A stretch of DNA of 64,000 nucleotides, taken from an uncultured Actinomycetota bacterium. GTDB taxonomy: Bacteria; Actinomycetota; Actinomycetes; JACCUZ01. Shown one piece after another: positions 40,076 to 50,332 of this stretch. Location of the stretch: the NCBI GenBank assembly GCA_963697675.1, contig CAVOOW010000008.1, positions 2,268 through 66,267 of the forward strand. Direction: 5' to 3'. Below the pieces are notes generated by a model. That model saw only the letters and a program-made list of their open reading frames with translations, searched no databases and had not been told where the DNA came from. A program made the translations under genes and the position numbers. The stretch's first letter is position 1, and each line of letters starts with the position of its first letter.

Positions 40076-40333
40076 ATGGCCGTTTACGAGCCCGATGACC
40101 CCGCGAAAGACCCGGCTCTGTCGCCCGAGGCGAGAGAGCGCGCCGAGCGCCACGACCGCAGCCCGTGGAACTGGCTGCTGCTCGTGCCGCTGGTGGTGGT
40201 GCTCTTCCCGCCCATCTACAACCGCATCGACCCCACGCTGTTCGACTGGCCGTTCTTCTACTGGTACCAGATGGCCGCCATCATCCTCAGCGTCCTCGTG
40301 ACCCTTGCCGTCTACCAGAAGACGAGGGGCTGA
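40076..40333 (+). CDS. DUF3311 small membrane protein (symporter accessory subunit type)
   Basis: 85 aa with two TM segments. It lies directly upstream of the SSS gene. Confidence 0.75.
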   Translation: MAVYEPDDPAKDPALSPEARERAERHDRSPWNWLLLVPLVVVLFPPIYNRIDPTLFDWPFFYWYQMAAIILSVLVTLAVYQKTRG

Positions 40334-40334
40334 C

Positions 40335-41972
40335 ATGTTCGACAACGTCAACGGGGTCGAGCTGACCGTCTTCATCGTCCTGTTCGTCGCTGTCAGCGGC
40401 ATGGGCTTCGTCGCCTCCCGCTGGCGTCGGGCCGACGACCTGGAGCACCTCGACGAGTGGGGCCTCGGCGGCCGCGACTTCGGACCCTGGATCACCTGGT
40501 TCCTGCTCGGCGGCGACCTGTACACGGCCTACACGTTCGTCGCCGTTCCCGCGCTCGTCTTCGGCGCCGGAGCGATCGGCTTCTTCGCTGTTCCTTACAC
40601 GATCGTGGTCTACCCGATCGTGTTCCTCGTGCTGATCCGGCTCTGGTCGATCTCGCACATACACGGCTTCGTCACCCCGGCCGACTTCGTACGCGCGAGG
40701 CACGGCTCGTCGACGCTCGCCCTGCTCGTCGCCATCACCGGCATCGTCGCGACCATGCCCTACATCGCGCTGCAGCTCGTCGGCATCGAGGCCGTGCTCA
40801 AGGCGATGGGCGTCACCGGCCACATTCCGATCATCGTCGCGTTCGCCATCCTCGCGGCCTACACCTACAACTCCGGCCTGCGAGCACCTGCGCTCATCGC
40901 GTTCGTCAAGGACGGCCTGATCTACCTCGTGATCATCGTCGCCGTCATCGTGATCCCCTACAAGCTCGGTGGCTGGAACGACATCTTCGGCGCCGCTGAG
41001 AAGAAGTTCGCCGCGTCGCCGAACCCTGGGGACGGCGTGATCCTCGCCGGCCCGGCGCAGTTGCAGTACGCGACTCTTGCGTTCGGCTCGGCTCTTGCGC
41101 TGTTCCTCTACCCGCACTCGATCACCGCCGTGCTCGCCTCACGGGACCGCAACGTGATCAAGCGCAACATGGCGGCGTTGCCGGCCTACAGCTTCATCCT
41201 CGGCCTGCTCGCACTGCTGGGCTACATGGCGATCAAGGCCGGCATCGTGCCGATCACCAGCGCCGAGGGCAAGCCCGACAACAACACGATCGTGCCGCTG
41301 CTGTTCGACAAGATGTTCGACAGCTGGTTCGCCGGAGTCGCCTTCGCAGCAATCGGCATCGGAGCACTCGTGCCGGCAGCGATCATGTCGATCGCCGCGG
41401 CGAACCTGTGGACCCGCAACATCTACAAGGAGTACATCAACAAGGGCGCGACCCCGAAGCAGGAGGCGCGCAGCAGCAAGCTCGCCTCACTGGTGGTCAA
41501 GTTCGGTGCGCTGCTTGCGATCCTGGGCCTCGACCCGCAGTTCTCGATCGACCTGCAGCTGATCGGCGGCATCATCATCCTGCAGACGCTGCCGGCGGTG
41601 GCGCTCGGCCTCTATACGCGATGGTTCCACCGGTGGGCCTTGATCTCCGGCTTGATCGCGGGCCTGGCCGTCGGCTTCTGGACGACCTACCAGATCCAGC
41701 AGACGCTGGTGAACGCCGACAAGACCGTGACGGTCGTCAAGGCTCACTTCGGTGGCTCGGGCTTCCCGCTCTCGAAGCTGGGGATGGACACGACGTGGTC
41801 GATCTACGCCGGCTTCCTGGCGCTGCTCGCGAACCTGGTCGTCTGCATCATCGCCACCCTCGTGCTGCGTGCGCTGAAAGCGCCCGAGGGCGAGGACCGC
41901 ACGAAGTCCGACGAGTACTTCGCCGACCGTGGCGACCCGCGGGTCCATGACCTGCCGGAGGTCGTGCACTAG
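40335..41972 (+). CDS. sodium:solute symporter (SSS) family transporter
   Basis: 545 aa and multi-TM. ATG 40335 lies 2 nt after the DUF3311 stop. Confidence 0.85.
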   Translation: MFDNVNGVELTVFIVLFVAVSGMGFVASRWRRADDLEHLDEWGLGGRDFGPWITWFLLGGDLYTAYTFVAVPALVFGAGAIGFFAVPYTIVVYPIVFLVLIRLWSISHIHGFVTPADFVRARHGSSTLALLVAITGIVATMPYIALQLVGIEAVLKAMGVTGHIPIIVAFAILAAYTYNSGLRAPALIAFVKDGLIYLVIIVAVIVIPYKLGGWNDIFGAAEKKFAASPNPGDGVILAGPAQLQYATLAFGSALALFLYPHSITAVLASRDRNVIKRNMAALPAYSFILGLLALLGYMAIKAGIVPITSAEGKPDNNTIVPLLFDKMFDSWFAGVAFAAIGIGALVPAAIMSIAAANLWTRNIYKEYINKGATPKQEARSSKLASLVVKFGALLAILGLDPQFSIDLQLIGGIIILQTLPAVALGLYTRWFHRWALISGLIAGLAVGFWTTYQIQQTLVNADKTVTVVKAHFGGSGFPLSKLGMDTTWSIYAGFLALLANLVVCIIATLVLRALKAPEGEDRTKSDEYFADRGDPRVHDLPEVVH

Positions 41973-42000
41973 GGCCGCGCACGCCTCTTAGGCTGGGCCG

Positions 42001-42496
42001 GTGATCCTGCGCCGCGCCCAGCCCGAGGAGTTCGCCGCCGTCGGCCGGCTGACGTTGGCGGCCTACGTGGCCGACGGCTACCTCGACAGACGATCACGAG
42101 TACGCGACCGAGCTGAGCGCCGCTGCCCATCGAGCTGCTGAGGCCGAGCTCATCGTCGCGGTCGACCCCGGCACCCACGAGCTGCTCGGCACCGTGACGT
42201 TCTGCCTGGCCGGCTCGCACTACGCGGAGGTATCGCGCCCCGGCGAGGCGGAGTTCCGGATGCTCGCCGTCGCGCCGGCAGCGCGCGGGCAGGGCATCGG
42301 TCACGCCCTGGCCCGCTGGTGCGTCGACAGGGCCCGCGAGCAGGGCTGCACGGCCGTCGTCCTGTCGAGCCTCGACCAGATGCACGCCGCGCATCGGTTG
42401 TACGAGCGCATGGGCTTCCGCAGGCTGCCCGAGCGCGACTGGTTTCCGACGCCGGAGATAACTCTGGTCAGCTATGTGCTGGACCTCGAGCAATGA
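42001..42496 (+). pseudogene. GNAT N-acetyltransferase, one frame change near 42085-42090
   Basis: GTG 42001 (VILRRAQPEEFAAVGRLTLAAYVADGYLD) reaches a stop at 42139. The family sequence resumes in the +1 frame ([26 protein letters not shown]...[18 protein letters not shown]...). Confidence 0.7.
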
Positions 42497-42834
42497 CCGC
42501 CGTGACGTTCTGCGACCAGTGCGGTGCGGACGCGGCGGTCGGCGACCACCTCGGCTGTGCGCAGCGACGCATGCTCGAGCCGCCGCGCTACTGCTCGGCG
42601 TGCCGGCGACGCATGGTGGTGCAGGTGCTGCCGCTCGGCTGGTCGGCGCGGTGCGTGGAGCACGGGGTCAGCACTAGCGCCGAGAGAACGTCGGATCAGG
42701 CGACGAGGCCGAGGCGGCGCAGCTCGACCGTGAGGTCGTGCGGGTTCGTCGAGGCGGTCATGGCCGCGTCGAGCGTGATGACGCCGTCGCGGATGAGTGT
42801 GACGAGGTGCTGGTCGAAGGTCTGCATGCCGTAG
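42493..42834 (+). CDS. zinc-ribbon small protein resembling the biotin synthase auxiliary protein (BsaP) family; 3' end unresolved
   Basis: ATGA overlap with the GNAT stop. The product is [58 protein letters not shown]... The open frame then runs 139 nt into the convergent pilT gene. Confidence 0.4.
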   Translation: MTAVTFCDQCGADAAVGDHLGCAQRRMLEPPRYCSACRRRMVVQVLPLGWSARCVEHGVSTSAERTSDQATRPRRRSSTVRSCGFVEAVMAASSVMTPSRMSVTRCWSKVCMP

Positions 42835-43847
42835 TAGGCACCGTCCTTGATCAGGGCCTCGATGCCGGAGGTCTTGTCGGGGTCGGTGATGGCGTCGGCG
42901 ATGCGTCCCGTGTTGACGCAGATCTCCATCGCGACGCAACGGCCCTGGCCGTCAGCGCGCGGCACGAGGCGCTGGCAGATGATGCCGCGCAGCGCTGACG
43001 CGAGCGAGAGCCGCACCTGCTTCTGCTCGTGCGGCGGGAAGAAGTCGATGACGCGGGTGATGGTCTCGGCCGCGTCGGTCGTGTGCAGCGTCGACATGAC
43101 GAAGTGGCCGGTCTCGGAGGCGGCCAGCGCCGCCTTGACGGTCTCGTGGTCACGCATCTCACCGACGAGGATGACGTCGGGGTCCTGGCGCATCGCCGCG
43201 CGCAACGCGGTCGTGAAGTCCGCGGTGTCGAGGCGCACCTCGCGCTGGTTGATCATCGAGAGCTTGTCGAAGTGCAGCACCTCGATGGGGTCCTCGATCG
43301 TGACGACGTGGACCTCGCGGTTGTTGTTGATGTGGTCGATCATGCCGGCGAGGGTGGTGGTCTTTCCCGAGCCGGTCGGGCCGGTGACCAGGACCAGTCC
43401 GCGCGGCTCCATGGCAAGCGCGCTGAGCACGGGCGGCAGTCCGAGGTCGTCGAGGGCGATGGCGCCGACACTGACGCGGCGGAAGACCATGCCGGCCGAG
43501 CCGCGGGAGCGGAAGGCGTTGACGCGGAACCGGCCGAGGCCGGGCACGGAGTAGGCGAAGTCGGCCTCGTTGGTCCGGGCGAACTCGGCGACGAGGTCGT
43601 CACGGAGCACTTCGGCGACCATGTGCTCGGTGTCGGCGGGACTCAGCGTGGGTGCCTGCAGCTTTCGCAGGCGGCCATCAATGCGCACCCGCGGCGGCGA
43701 CCCCACCTTGACGTGCAGGTCCGATCCGTTCACTTCGCCAAGGGCACGAAGGAACGACACGACTGACTGAGGTTCCGATCCGCTCACGAGGGATGTTTCG
43801 GGCGTCTCGGGGGTTACCTTGAGCCTTCCGGGGCCACCGGGTGGCAT
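42696..43847 (-). CDS. pilT: PilT-type twitching-motility/retraction ATPase
   Basis: Walker [11 protein letters not shown], Asp box, Walker B ILVGEMRD and His box [11 protein letters not shown]. Confidence 0.85.
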   Translation of the reverse strand: MPPGGPGRLKVTPETPETSLVSGSEPQSVVSFLRALGEVNGSDLHVKVGSPPRVRIDGRLRKLQAPTLSPADTEHMVAEVLRDDLVAEFARTNEADFAYSVPGLGRFRVNAFRSRGSAGMVFRRVSVGAIALDDLGLPPVLSALAMEPRGLVLVTGPTGSGKTTTLAGMIDHINNNREVHVVTIEDPIEVLHFDKLSMINQREVRLDTADFTTALRAAMRQDPDVILVGEMRDHETVKAALAASETGHFVMSTLHTTDAAETITRVIDFFPPHEQKQVRLSLASALRGIICQRLVPRADGQGRCVAMEICVNTGRIADAITDPDKTSGIEALIKDGAYYGMQTFDQHLVTLIRDGVITLDAAMTASTNPHDLTVELRRLGLVA

Positions 43848-43894
43848 CTGAGACGCATCCCACCAGTATCCGGGCTGCCGAGGCCCGGCCAGGC

Positions 43895-44110
43895 TCAGCC
43901 GATGACGGCGATGACGTCGCCCTCCTGGACCACGTCGCCCTCGGCCACGTGCAGGGCCGACACCGTGCCCGAGGTCTCGGTGATCACCGGGATCTCCATC
44001 TTCATGGACTCGAGGATCACCAGCGTGTCGCCGTCCTCGACGCTGTCTCCGGCGGCGACCACCACCTTCCAGACATTGGCCACCATCTCCGCCCGGATCT
44101 CCTCAGCCAC
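43895..44110 (-). CDS. biotin carboxyl carrier-type protein (71 aa)
   Basis: GTG 44110 follows GGAAGGAG. Biotinylation motif ESMKME. Confidence 0.8.
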   Translation of the reverse strand: MAEEIRAEMVANVWKVVVAAGDSVEDGDTLVILESMKMEIPVITETSGTVSALHVAEGDVVQEGDVIAVIG

Positions 44111-44222
44111 TCTGACTCCTTCCCCATCGGTGCGCCGGCCGTCCGGGGGCGCGTCCGCATCCAACCACAGCGAGCCGAGCGCAATTCGGAGCGGTGCCGG
44201 CGCACCGCGACGCTCGGAACGC

Positions 44223-45563
44223 TCAGCCGCGCATCCGCCCGACGATGCCGGTGTCGTAGTCACCGGACTGGAACTCGGGCGTGTCGAGCAGCTCGACGAA
44301 GAACGGGAGGTTGCACTTGGGTCCCTCGACCCGGAAGCCCGCCAGGGCGGCTCTGGCCCGCGCGAGGGCCTCCTCACGGTCGGCTCCGTGGACGACGAGC
44401 TTGGCCAGCAGTGAGTCGTAGTGGGGGGTCACCACGTTGCCGAGCCGGTAGCCCGAGTCCACGCGAACTCCCACGCCTGTCGGCTCCGCCCAGCCGGTGA
44501 TCTTCCCCGGCCCTGGCAGGAACCGCTTCGGGTCCTCGGCGTTGACCCGCATCTCGATGGCATGTCCGACCGGCGAGACGCGCTCCGGGTCGAAGTGGAC
44601 CGGCTCGCCGGCGGCGACGCGCAGCTGCGCCTCCACGATGTCGAGCCCCGTCACCATCTCGGTGATCGGGTGCTCGACCTGCAGGCGGGTGTTCATCTCG
44701 AGGAAGACGAACTCGCCAGACGCGGGGTCCAGCAGGAACTCGACCGTGCCTGCGCCGCGATAGCCCACCGTCTCAGCGGCCCGCACCGCGGCCTGGCAGA
44801 GCGCCCGCCGCAGGGCATCGTCGACCGCCGGAGACGGTGTCTCCTCGACGAGCTTCTGGTTGCGCCGCTGCACCGAGCAGTCGCGCTCGCCGAGGGCCAC
44901 GATGCGGCCGTCTGCGAGTCCGAGAACCTGCACCTCGACGTGGCGGACCCTGGGATAGAAACGCTCCAAGAGCACCGCCGGATCGCCGAACATCCGCTCG
45001 GCGAAGCCACGTACACGCTCGTACTCTCCTGGCAGTGACTCCTCGTCGGCCGCGACGCCCATGCCCATCCCGCCGCCTCCCGCCGACGCCTTGACCATCA
45101 ACGGGAACCCGATCTCGCGAGCCGCGACCACTGCTGCGGCGCCGTCAGCCAGCGGCGACGTGGTGCCTCGTGACACCGGCACTCCGGCGGCTGCGACCAG
45201 GTTGCGCGCGCGGATCTTGTCGCCCATCTGCTCGATCGCCTCGGCCGTCGGCCCGACCCAGACGAGGCCCGCGGCACCGACGGCCGCCGCGAACGTCGGG
45301 TCCTCGGACAGGAAGCCATAGCCGGGGTGGATCGCCCCGGCATCGCTCTGCCCGGCAGCCTCCAGCACGACCACCGGGTCGCGGTAGCTCTGCGCGGGAG
45401 AAGCCGGGCCGATTTCGATGGCCTCGTCGGCCTCGTGCACGAACGGCAGGTCCGCGTCCGCCTCGGAATAGACCGCGATCGCCCGCAGTCCCATTCGCTG
45501 GGTCGTGCGGATGATGCGGCGAGCGATCTCGCCGCGGTTGGCGACGAGCACGGACTCGAACAC
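44223..45563 (-). CDS. accC: biotin carboxylase (ATP-grasp) subunit
   Basis: MFESVLVANRGEIARRIIRT..., MVKASAGGGGMGM, EMNTRLQVEH. Confidence 0.9.
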   Translation of the reverse strand: MFESVLVANRGEIARRIIRTTQRMGLRAIAVYSEADADLPFVHEADEAIEIGPASPAQSYRDPVVVLEAAGQSDAGAIHPGYGFLSEDPTFAAAVGAAGLVWVGPTAEAIEQMGDKIRARNLVAAAGVPVSRGTTSPLADGAAAVVAAREIGFPLMVKASAGGGGMGMGVAADEESLPGEYERVRGFAERMFGDPAVLLERFYPRVRHVEVQVLGLADGRIVALGERDCSVQRRNQKLVEETPSPAVDDALRRALCQAAVRAAETVGYRGAGTVEFLLDPASGEFVFLEMNTRLQVEHPITEMVTGLDIVEAQLRVAAGEPVHFDPERVSPVGHAIEMRVNAEDPKRFLPGPGKITGWAEPTGVGVRVDSGYRLGNVVTPHYDSLLAKLVVHGADREEALARARAALAGFRVEGPKCNLPFFVELLDTPEFQSGDYDTGIVGRMRG

Positions 45564-45660
45564 TGGCGGACCTGACTCTCACGCGAAAGTTGAAAAATGC
45601 CGGCGTCACTCCGACTGTCAATACCAGGCGTCGGGGTGTCGGCAAGCGAGACTAATAGGC

Positions 45661-46275
45661 GTGATCCTGGTGCTCGTGGTGGCGGTGCTCGCCGTGGCTG
45701 TCGCTGTCGCAGCGGGCGGCGACCGGCTGGCGCATCTTCGGGTACGCGCGGTGCGGCTGCTCGTCGTCGCGGCGGTGCTGCAGTTCGTCAGCGGCACACT
45801 GGCGTCCGGCTCGGTCGCGATCCGGGTGCTTGCGCTGATCCTGAGCGCGCTGCTCGTCGGGCTGTTCCTGTGGGGCAACTGGCAGGTCGCGGGGATCCCG
45901 CTCATCGCGGCGGGGCTGCTGCTCAACTGCGTCGTCGTCGTGCTCAACTTCGCCATGCCGGTCTCAGTCGACGCTGCAGCCCGCGCCGGCCTGAGACCCG
46001 CCGAGCTCCGACTCGGCGACGACCCCTTCCACGAACGCATCGGGCCGCACACACTGCTGGCCGATCTGGGCGACACGATCCCGGTCGCGCTGCCCATGCA
46101 GCCGCAGGTGGTCAGCCCCGGTGACGTGCTCGTCGCCGCAGGCGTGGCGCTGCTGCTCGTGACGGGGGGCACCCGCCGGCTGACCCGGGAGACTCAGAGC
46201 CGACGCACTCAGAACCGCGAGGAACGCATGACCGTGTTGGACAGGGAGTCGACGACGCGCGGGTCGTACTCATAG
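45661..46275 (+). CDS. DUF5317 family membrane protein
   Basis: GTG 45661. It has 4-5 TM segments and ...LLLNCVVVVLNFAMPV... The 3' end overlaps the convergent gene by 67 nt. Confidence 0.6.
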   Translation: MILVLVVAVLAVAVAVAAGGDRLAHLRVRAVRLLVVAAVLQFVSGTLASGSVAIRVLALILSALLVGLFLWGNWQVAGIPLIAAGLLLNCVVVVLNFAMPVSVDAAARAGLRPAELRLGDDPFHERIGPHTLLADLGDTIPVALPMQPQVVSPGDVLVAAGVALLLVTGGTRRLTRETQSRRTQNREERMTVLDRESTTRGSYS

Positions 46276-47489
46276 GCCATGCCGAGTCGCAGTCGTTCGA
46301 GCGCCGTGAGGCGACACGTGCTCTCGAGCGAGTCGCCGACGAGGTCGTCGTACGCGTTGACAGCCTTGATGATGCGGCTGCCCAACGGCACGTCAGGGTG
46401 CTCGACCTCGTGGGCCCGCCGGTAGGGCTCGGCCTGCTGCTCGACGATGGTGGCCACCATGTCGAGGACGCCGGTCTCGCGGATGACCTCGGCACCGAGC
46501 GAGGCGATGCGGCGCTGCTCGGTCGGCGCGGCCACGGTCGTGGCTCCCCCGGGGATCGGCTCGGTGAGCGAGAGCTGACCGATGTCGTGCATGAGCGCCG
46601 CATACTCGAGGTCGAGCAGCTCGGCGTCGCTCATGCCGAGCTCCCGCCCGACTGCGATCGACAGCTCGCTGACCCTGCGCGAGTGCCCGGTCTCGGTGTA
46701 GCCACCGAGCTCGGTGACCCGGGAGAGCGCCCGGATCGTCTGCAGCGTCGACGCCCGGATCGCGGCGAATCGGCGGAACGAGAACTGGGTGAGCAGCAAC
46801 GGGATGACGAAGACCGGCAACGCCCAGGAACCCATGATGGTGGCGGCCAGTGCGATCAACGCGCCCGTGGCGCCGATGGCCGAACCGATCCCGATGATCG
46901 CGCGCGCCTCGTTGCGCAGCACGGCGAAGAACGGGGCGCCGTCCGTGCCCACGCGGACAACCGCAGCGAGTACGGCGTCGACGGCGAGCGCGAGTGCCAC
47001 CACGGCGACCATCGCCATCGCCTGCAGCCAACCCGGCCTGGGACCGAGCCACCCGTCGAGCCCGGTGCCACGAAAGATGCCGGCCGCGAACCCGATCACG
47101 AGCAGTCGGCGGGCCAGCGTCTCGATCAGCGGGGCCCGGCCGGCCACGACGTGCGGGATCACGCCGACGAGCATGGCGGCCACGACGACGGCCACCACCT
47201 GCAGCGCAGTGTGCGTGGCCGCGTCACCGCCCGACGTCGTGAGCAGCGTGTAGGCCAGCGACCCCGCCATGGCGATCGGCGCGGCATCACGACCGCCGGG
47301 CAACGTGATGCGCACGATCTCGCCGAACGCGATGAACGTGGCGAACGCCAACGCGGTCCCGGGCGACTGAAAGCCGCCGGGCGAGGCAGTGACTACGACA
47401 GCGCAGACGGCGAGAAGGCCGCCGCCCGCTACGACGACCAGAGGTCCGGTGCTGCGCCCGTCGTCGAGCCGTTGCCGGAACGTCATCAC
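46209..47489 (-). CDS. membrane-anchored (about 7-TM) HD-domain protein, GYP motif not evident
   Basis: About 230 aa of TM region, then GHSRRVSELS...ALMHDIGQ. No HHExxDGxGYP block seen. Confidence 0.7.
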   Translation of the reverse strand: MMTFRQRLDDGRSTGPLVVVAGGGLLAVCAVVVTASPGGFQSPGTALAFATFIAFGEIVRITLPGGRDAAPIAMAGSLAYTLLTTSGGDAATHTALQVVAVVVAAMLVGVIPHVVAGRAPLIETLARRLLVIGFAAGIFRGTGLDGWLGPRPGWLQAMAMVAVVALALAVDAVLAAVVRVGTDGAPFFAVLRNEARAIIGIGSAIGATGALIALAATIMGSWALPVFVIPLLLTQFSFRRFAAIRASTLQTIRALSRVTELGGYTETGHSRRVSELSIAVGRELGMSDAELLDLEYAALMHDIGQLSLTEPIPGGATTVAAPTEQRRIASLGAEVIRETGVLDMVATIVEQQAEPYRRAHEVEHPDVPLGSRIIKAVNAYDDLVGDSLESTCRLTALERLRLGMAYEYDPRVVDSLSNTVMRSSRF

Positions 47490-48870
47490 ATGGCTTTTCG
47501 CGGCGAGATGAACTCGATCGGGTCGTCGTGGTCGAAGTGGCGAAGTGCGGGGTCGACCGGCTCGGACGCAACGGCCTCCACGACCGACGGGAACAGCGGC
47601 ACCGTGTCTGCCGCCCAGCCGTGCTCCTGGACCGCGGAGACCATCGCCGTCACCATCGCCGGGTCGAACTGCGTCCCGGAGCAGCGGAGCAGCTCGTCGA
47701 GCGCCTCAGCGGTCGACCGGGCGCCGCGGTAGGACCGCGTCGTCGTCATCGAGTCGAACGCGTCGGCCACCGCGATGACCCGGGCGAACTCCGGGATCTG
47801 GTTGCCCGCCAGACCCATGGGATAGCCGTGGCCGTCGAGTCGCTCGTGGTGGTGCATGATGCCCTCGAACGCCTCGTCGAGGAACTCGATCTCGCGCACC
47901 ATCTCGAGCCCGCGCACGGGGTGCAGCTGGATCGTGGCGAGCTCCTCCGGACTCAGGTGCCCGGTCTTCTGCAGTACGCGCGTGGGGACACCGAGCTTGC
48001 CGACGTCGTGCAGCATCCCGGCATAGCGCAACGAGTTGACGCGGTCCTCGCGCATGCCGATCTTGCGCGCGATGAGCACCGACCCGGCCGACACACGCTC
48101 GCTGTGACCTCGCGTGTAGAGGTCCTTGGTCTCGACTGCGGCAATCAGGGCGCGCACCGTGCGTTCGTACGCGCGCTGCTGCTCGGCGTACTGCTCGTAG
48201 GCCCACCGTGCGACGTACAGCGGCAGCAGTACGAGGATCGCCGCTGCCGGGCCGACGTCCGCGCCCTTGTCCGACCACAGCACCGCGAGGAGAAGGCCGA
48301 ACAATCCGTAGCCCACGTAGTTCAGGACGGAGCCGGCCATCGTCCCCTGAAAGACGACGCGCATCGGCACGTCCTGGTGCGAGATGAACGATCGCAGCGA
48401 CGAGCGTGCCGTTCACGATGCACATGACAATCAGCGAGGCAGACGAACGGAAGCAGTAGATAGGGAAAGCACGCCAGGATGGATCTCCGTGCCACCAAGC
48501 AGATGAAAGACCCAGCGCAGCTGCCGACGACAGCGACGATCATCTGGCTGGTGTTGAAGATCCGCTTGACCAGAGGCGTGCCGGTCGTAAGCCAACGCCG
48601 TGGCTGAGACGAGGACGATTGCTCCCCACGGCGCCGACCAGGGGCAAGCGTCGCACCGGTGATCACCGAGGTGAGGGCGATCGTTACCAGGTCTCGAGAG
48701 CCGCGCGAGCCCAACGAATCGGTGAGCACGAGCAACAGAGTCAGGCCGATGAAGTTCACGGCCACGAAGTGATGTCGGACCTGCTCGACTGCGATGCCGA
48801 GCATCGGGACGGCCACGAGGACGGCACAGTACGACGAACAGTCGCGCGCTTTGACCGGCAGCGGACCCAT
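47486..48870 (-). pseudogene. membrane HD-GYP domain protein (c-di-GMP phosphodiesterase family); N-terminal membrane region frameshifted
   Basis: ORF 47486..48370 carries an intact HD-GYP domain (GHSERV, MLHDVGK, HHHERLDGHGYP). TM-like coding continues upstream in two other frames (47706..48425 and 48322..48870), with switches near 48385 and 48480. There is a 4-nt overlap with the downstream gene. Confidence 0.65.
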
Positions 48871-50083
48871 GCCACTCCGTCTCGGTCGGGGAAGGAAATC
48901 GCGGGCTGAGAACAGAGGGAGAGATCGGGATCGGCAGCGCAGGGGATGCTGCGGTCGTTTACCACTTCCAGGCGGCCAGTGGTCTGGAGGAACTGCTCGA
49001 CAGCGGACACGATCTTCTTCATGGTGGAAATCAACCCCTTGGATTCATGTCACGAGCACCGCTATTGCTCGCGCGGAATCCGCTCCGCTAGGGACTACAT
49101 GCTGCAAATCGAAGACATCCGTCGATCCGAACGCAACGCTTTGCTGCCGATCCCGATCTCGCCCTCTGCAATTGTCAAAACACCGCGTACCTAAGATTTC
49201 CCCCGAACGGTGCAAGTCCGCCGAAGCTCTCCAATGGGAAGAAACCAAGGCTTGTTCGCAGCGCAAGTGAATGGGTTGGCTCAACCCCCCGTCAAGGGTT
49301 TCCCGGTTTTGCGGCTGAAGATCCCGTTAAACCATCCATAGGGACTACCCCATTCGTGCCACATGAGCACCATGAGGACAATCCCGTCACTCGTATTCGG
49401 CGGATAGCGGGCCTTCCATGATCATGGGGCCAAATCCGGCCTGTTTCAGGGCGCATTGGCCTCATGATCATGGAATTTCGACGGCTGGTATGGGTGCGAG
49501 CGCGACTTCAGCGGTCAAACGGGCGTCAGCCGTCGCGGAACGCGGAGCACGTTCGCTGCCGGGGCCTGCTGGCCTGTCTTGGACGGGCGCCGCCTGGCAC
49601 CAAGCTCGCAAGTATCGGTGAAAAAGCCGACTCGGCTCCACTGTTCACCGCAGTTAGCGATCTTGGTCGGGAGGCTGCCGATCTAGCCGCCGGTCGCGCG
49701 TCGGCTGAGAGCGGCGGGCGGCGGCGGCGCGCACGGTCGTACCCGCTCAAGATCACTGTTTTCGTGCTCAGATTCGCGATTAATGCGGAATCTGTGCACG
49801 ATAATCGCGATCTTGATCGGGCGGGCAGCCGGCTTGGCGCCAGATCCGCGTCAGGCCACCAGCGTCGGGCGGCGGGCGGCGGCGGGCGGCGAACCCCGGC
49901 GGTCGCGAGGGGCATTCGGCTTAATTGGGGCGGATTCGCCTCATGATCATGGTGCGTCGGGCGTACGCTGCGGCCTGTAGGACCAGCGCCGAACTGGGGC
50001 GGCGCGCGCCCACCGACGCCGAAGCTGCCCGACCAGACCCATCGCTGACGCGGCGCGCAACAACCGATCCCGACGCGCCAATG

Positions 50084-50220
50084 CCGACCGACGCTGACGC
50101 ATCACTGCCGACCGACGCTGACGCGCCACTGCCGACCGACGCTGACGCATCACTGCCGACCGACGCTGACGCGCCACTGCCGACCGACGCCGACGCATCG
50201 CCGCCGACCGACACGGCGCG
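50084..50220. repeat. 24-nt tandem repeat, about 5.7 copies (48-nt higher-order unit)
   Basis: ccgaccgacgctgacgcatcactg alternates with ccgaccgacgctgacgcgccactg from 50084. The last copies are degenerate. Confidence 0.85.
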
Positions 50221-50332
50221 ACACGCCATTCGGCCTCAACCGTGGACCATGATCAGCCGAGCACTACTGCGGCATGATCACCTGAGCACTCCGAGCGGAC
50301 CAGCACCCCGCCCTAGGGAAAGGCACCGCCCG

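Noticed and set aside
49209-49220. GGTGCAAGTCCG, reminiscent of the GGTG.AA.TCC core of cobalamin riboswitches.
   Set aside because: The other conserved elements (GCCACTG, the B12 box) are not recognisable on either strand, and no transporter or cobalamin gene lies downstream.
50084-50220. Tandem arrays (also 23195-23345, 23635-23752 and 22285-22449) considered as possible CRISPR arrays.
   Set aside because: The units are directly contiguous with no unique spacers, the unit lengths are wrong, and no cas genes are present.
49925-50332. An in-frame upstream extension of ORF 49925..51004, including an octapeptide repeat (PTDADA(S/P)L) starting at ATG 50081.
   Set aside because: The stretch between the repeats and ATG 50333 has mixed third-position composition, unlike the >90% GC3 of real genes here. 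It also contains dispersed-repeat copies. Coding signal begins only at 50333.
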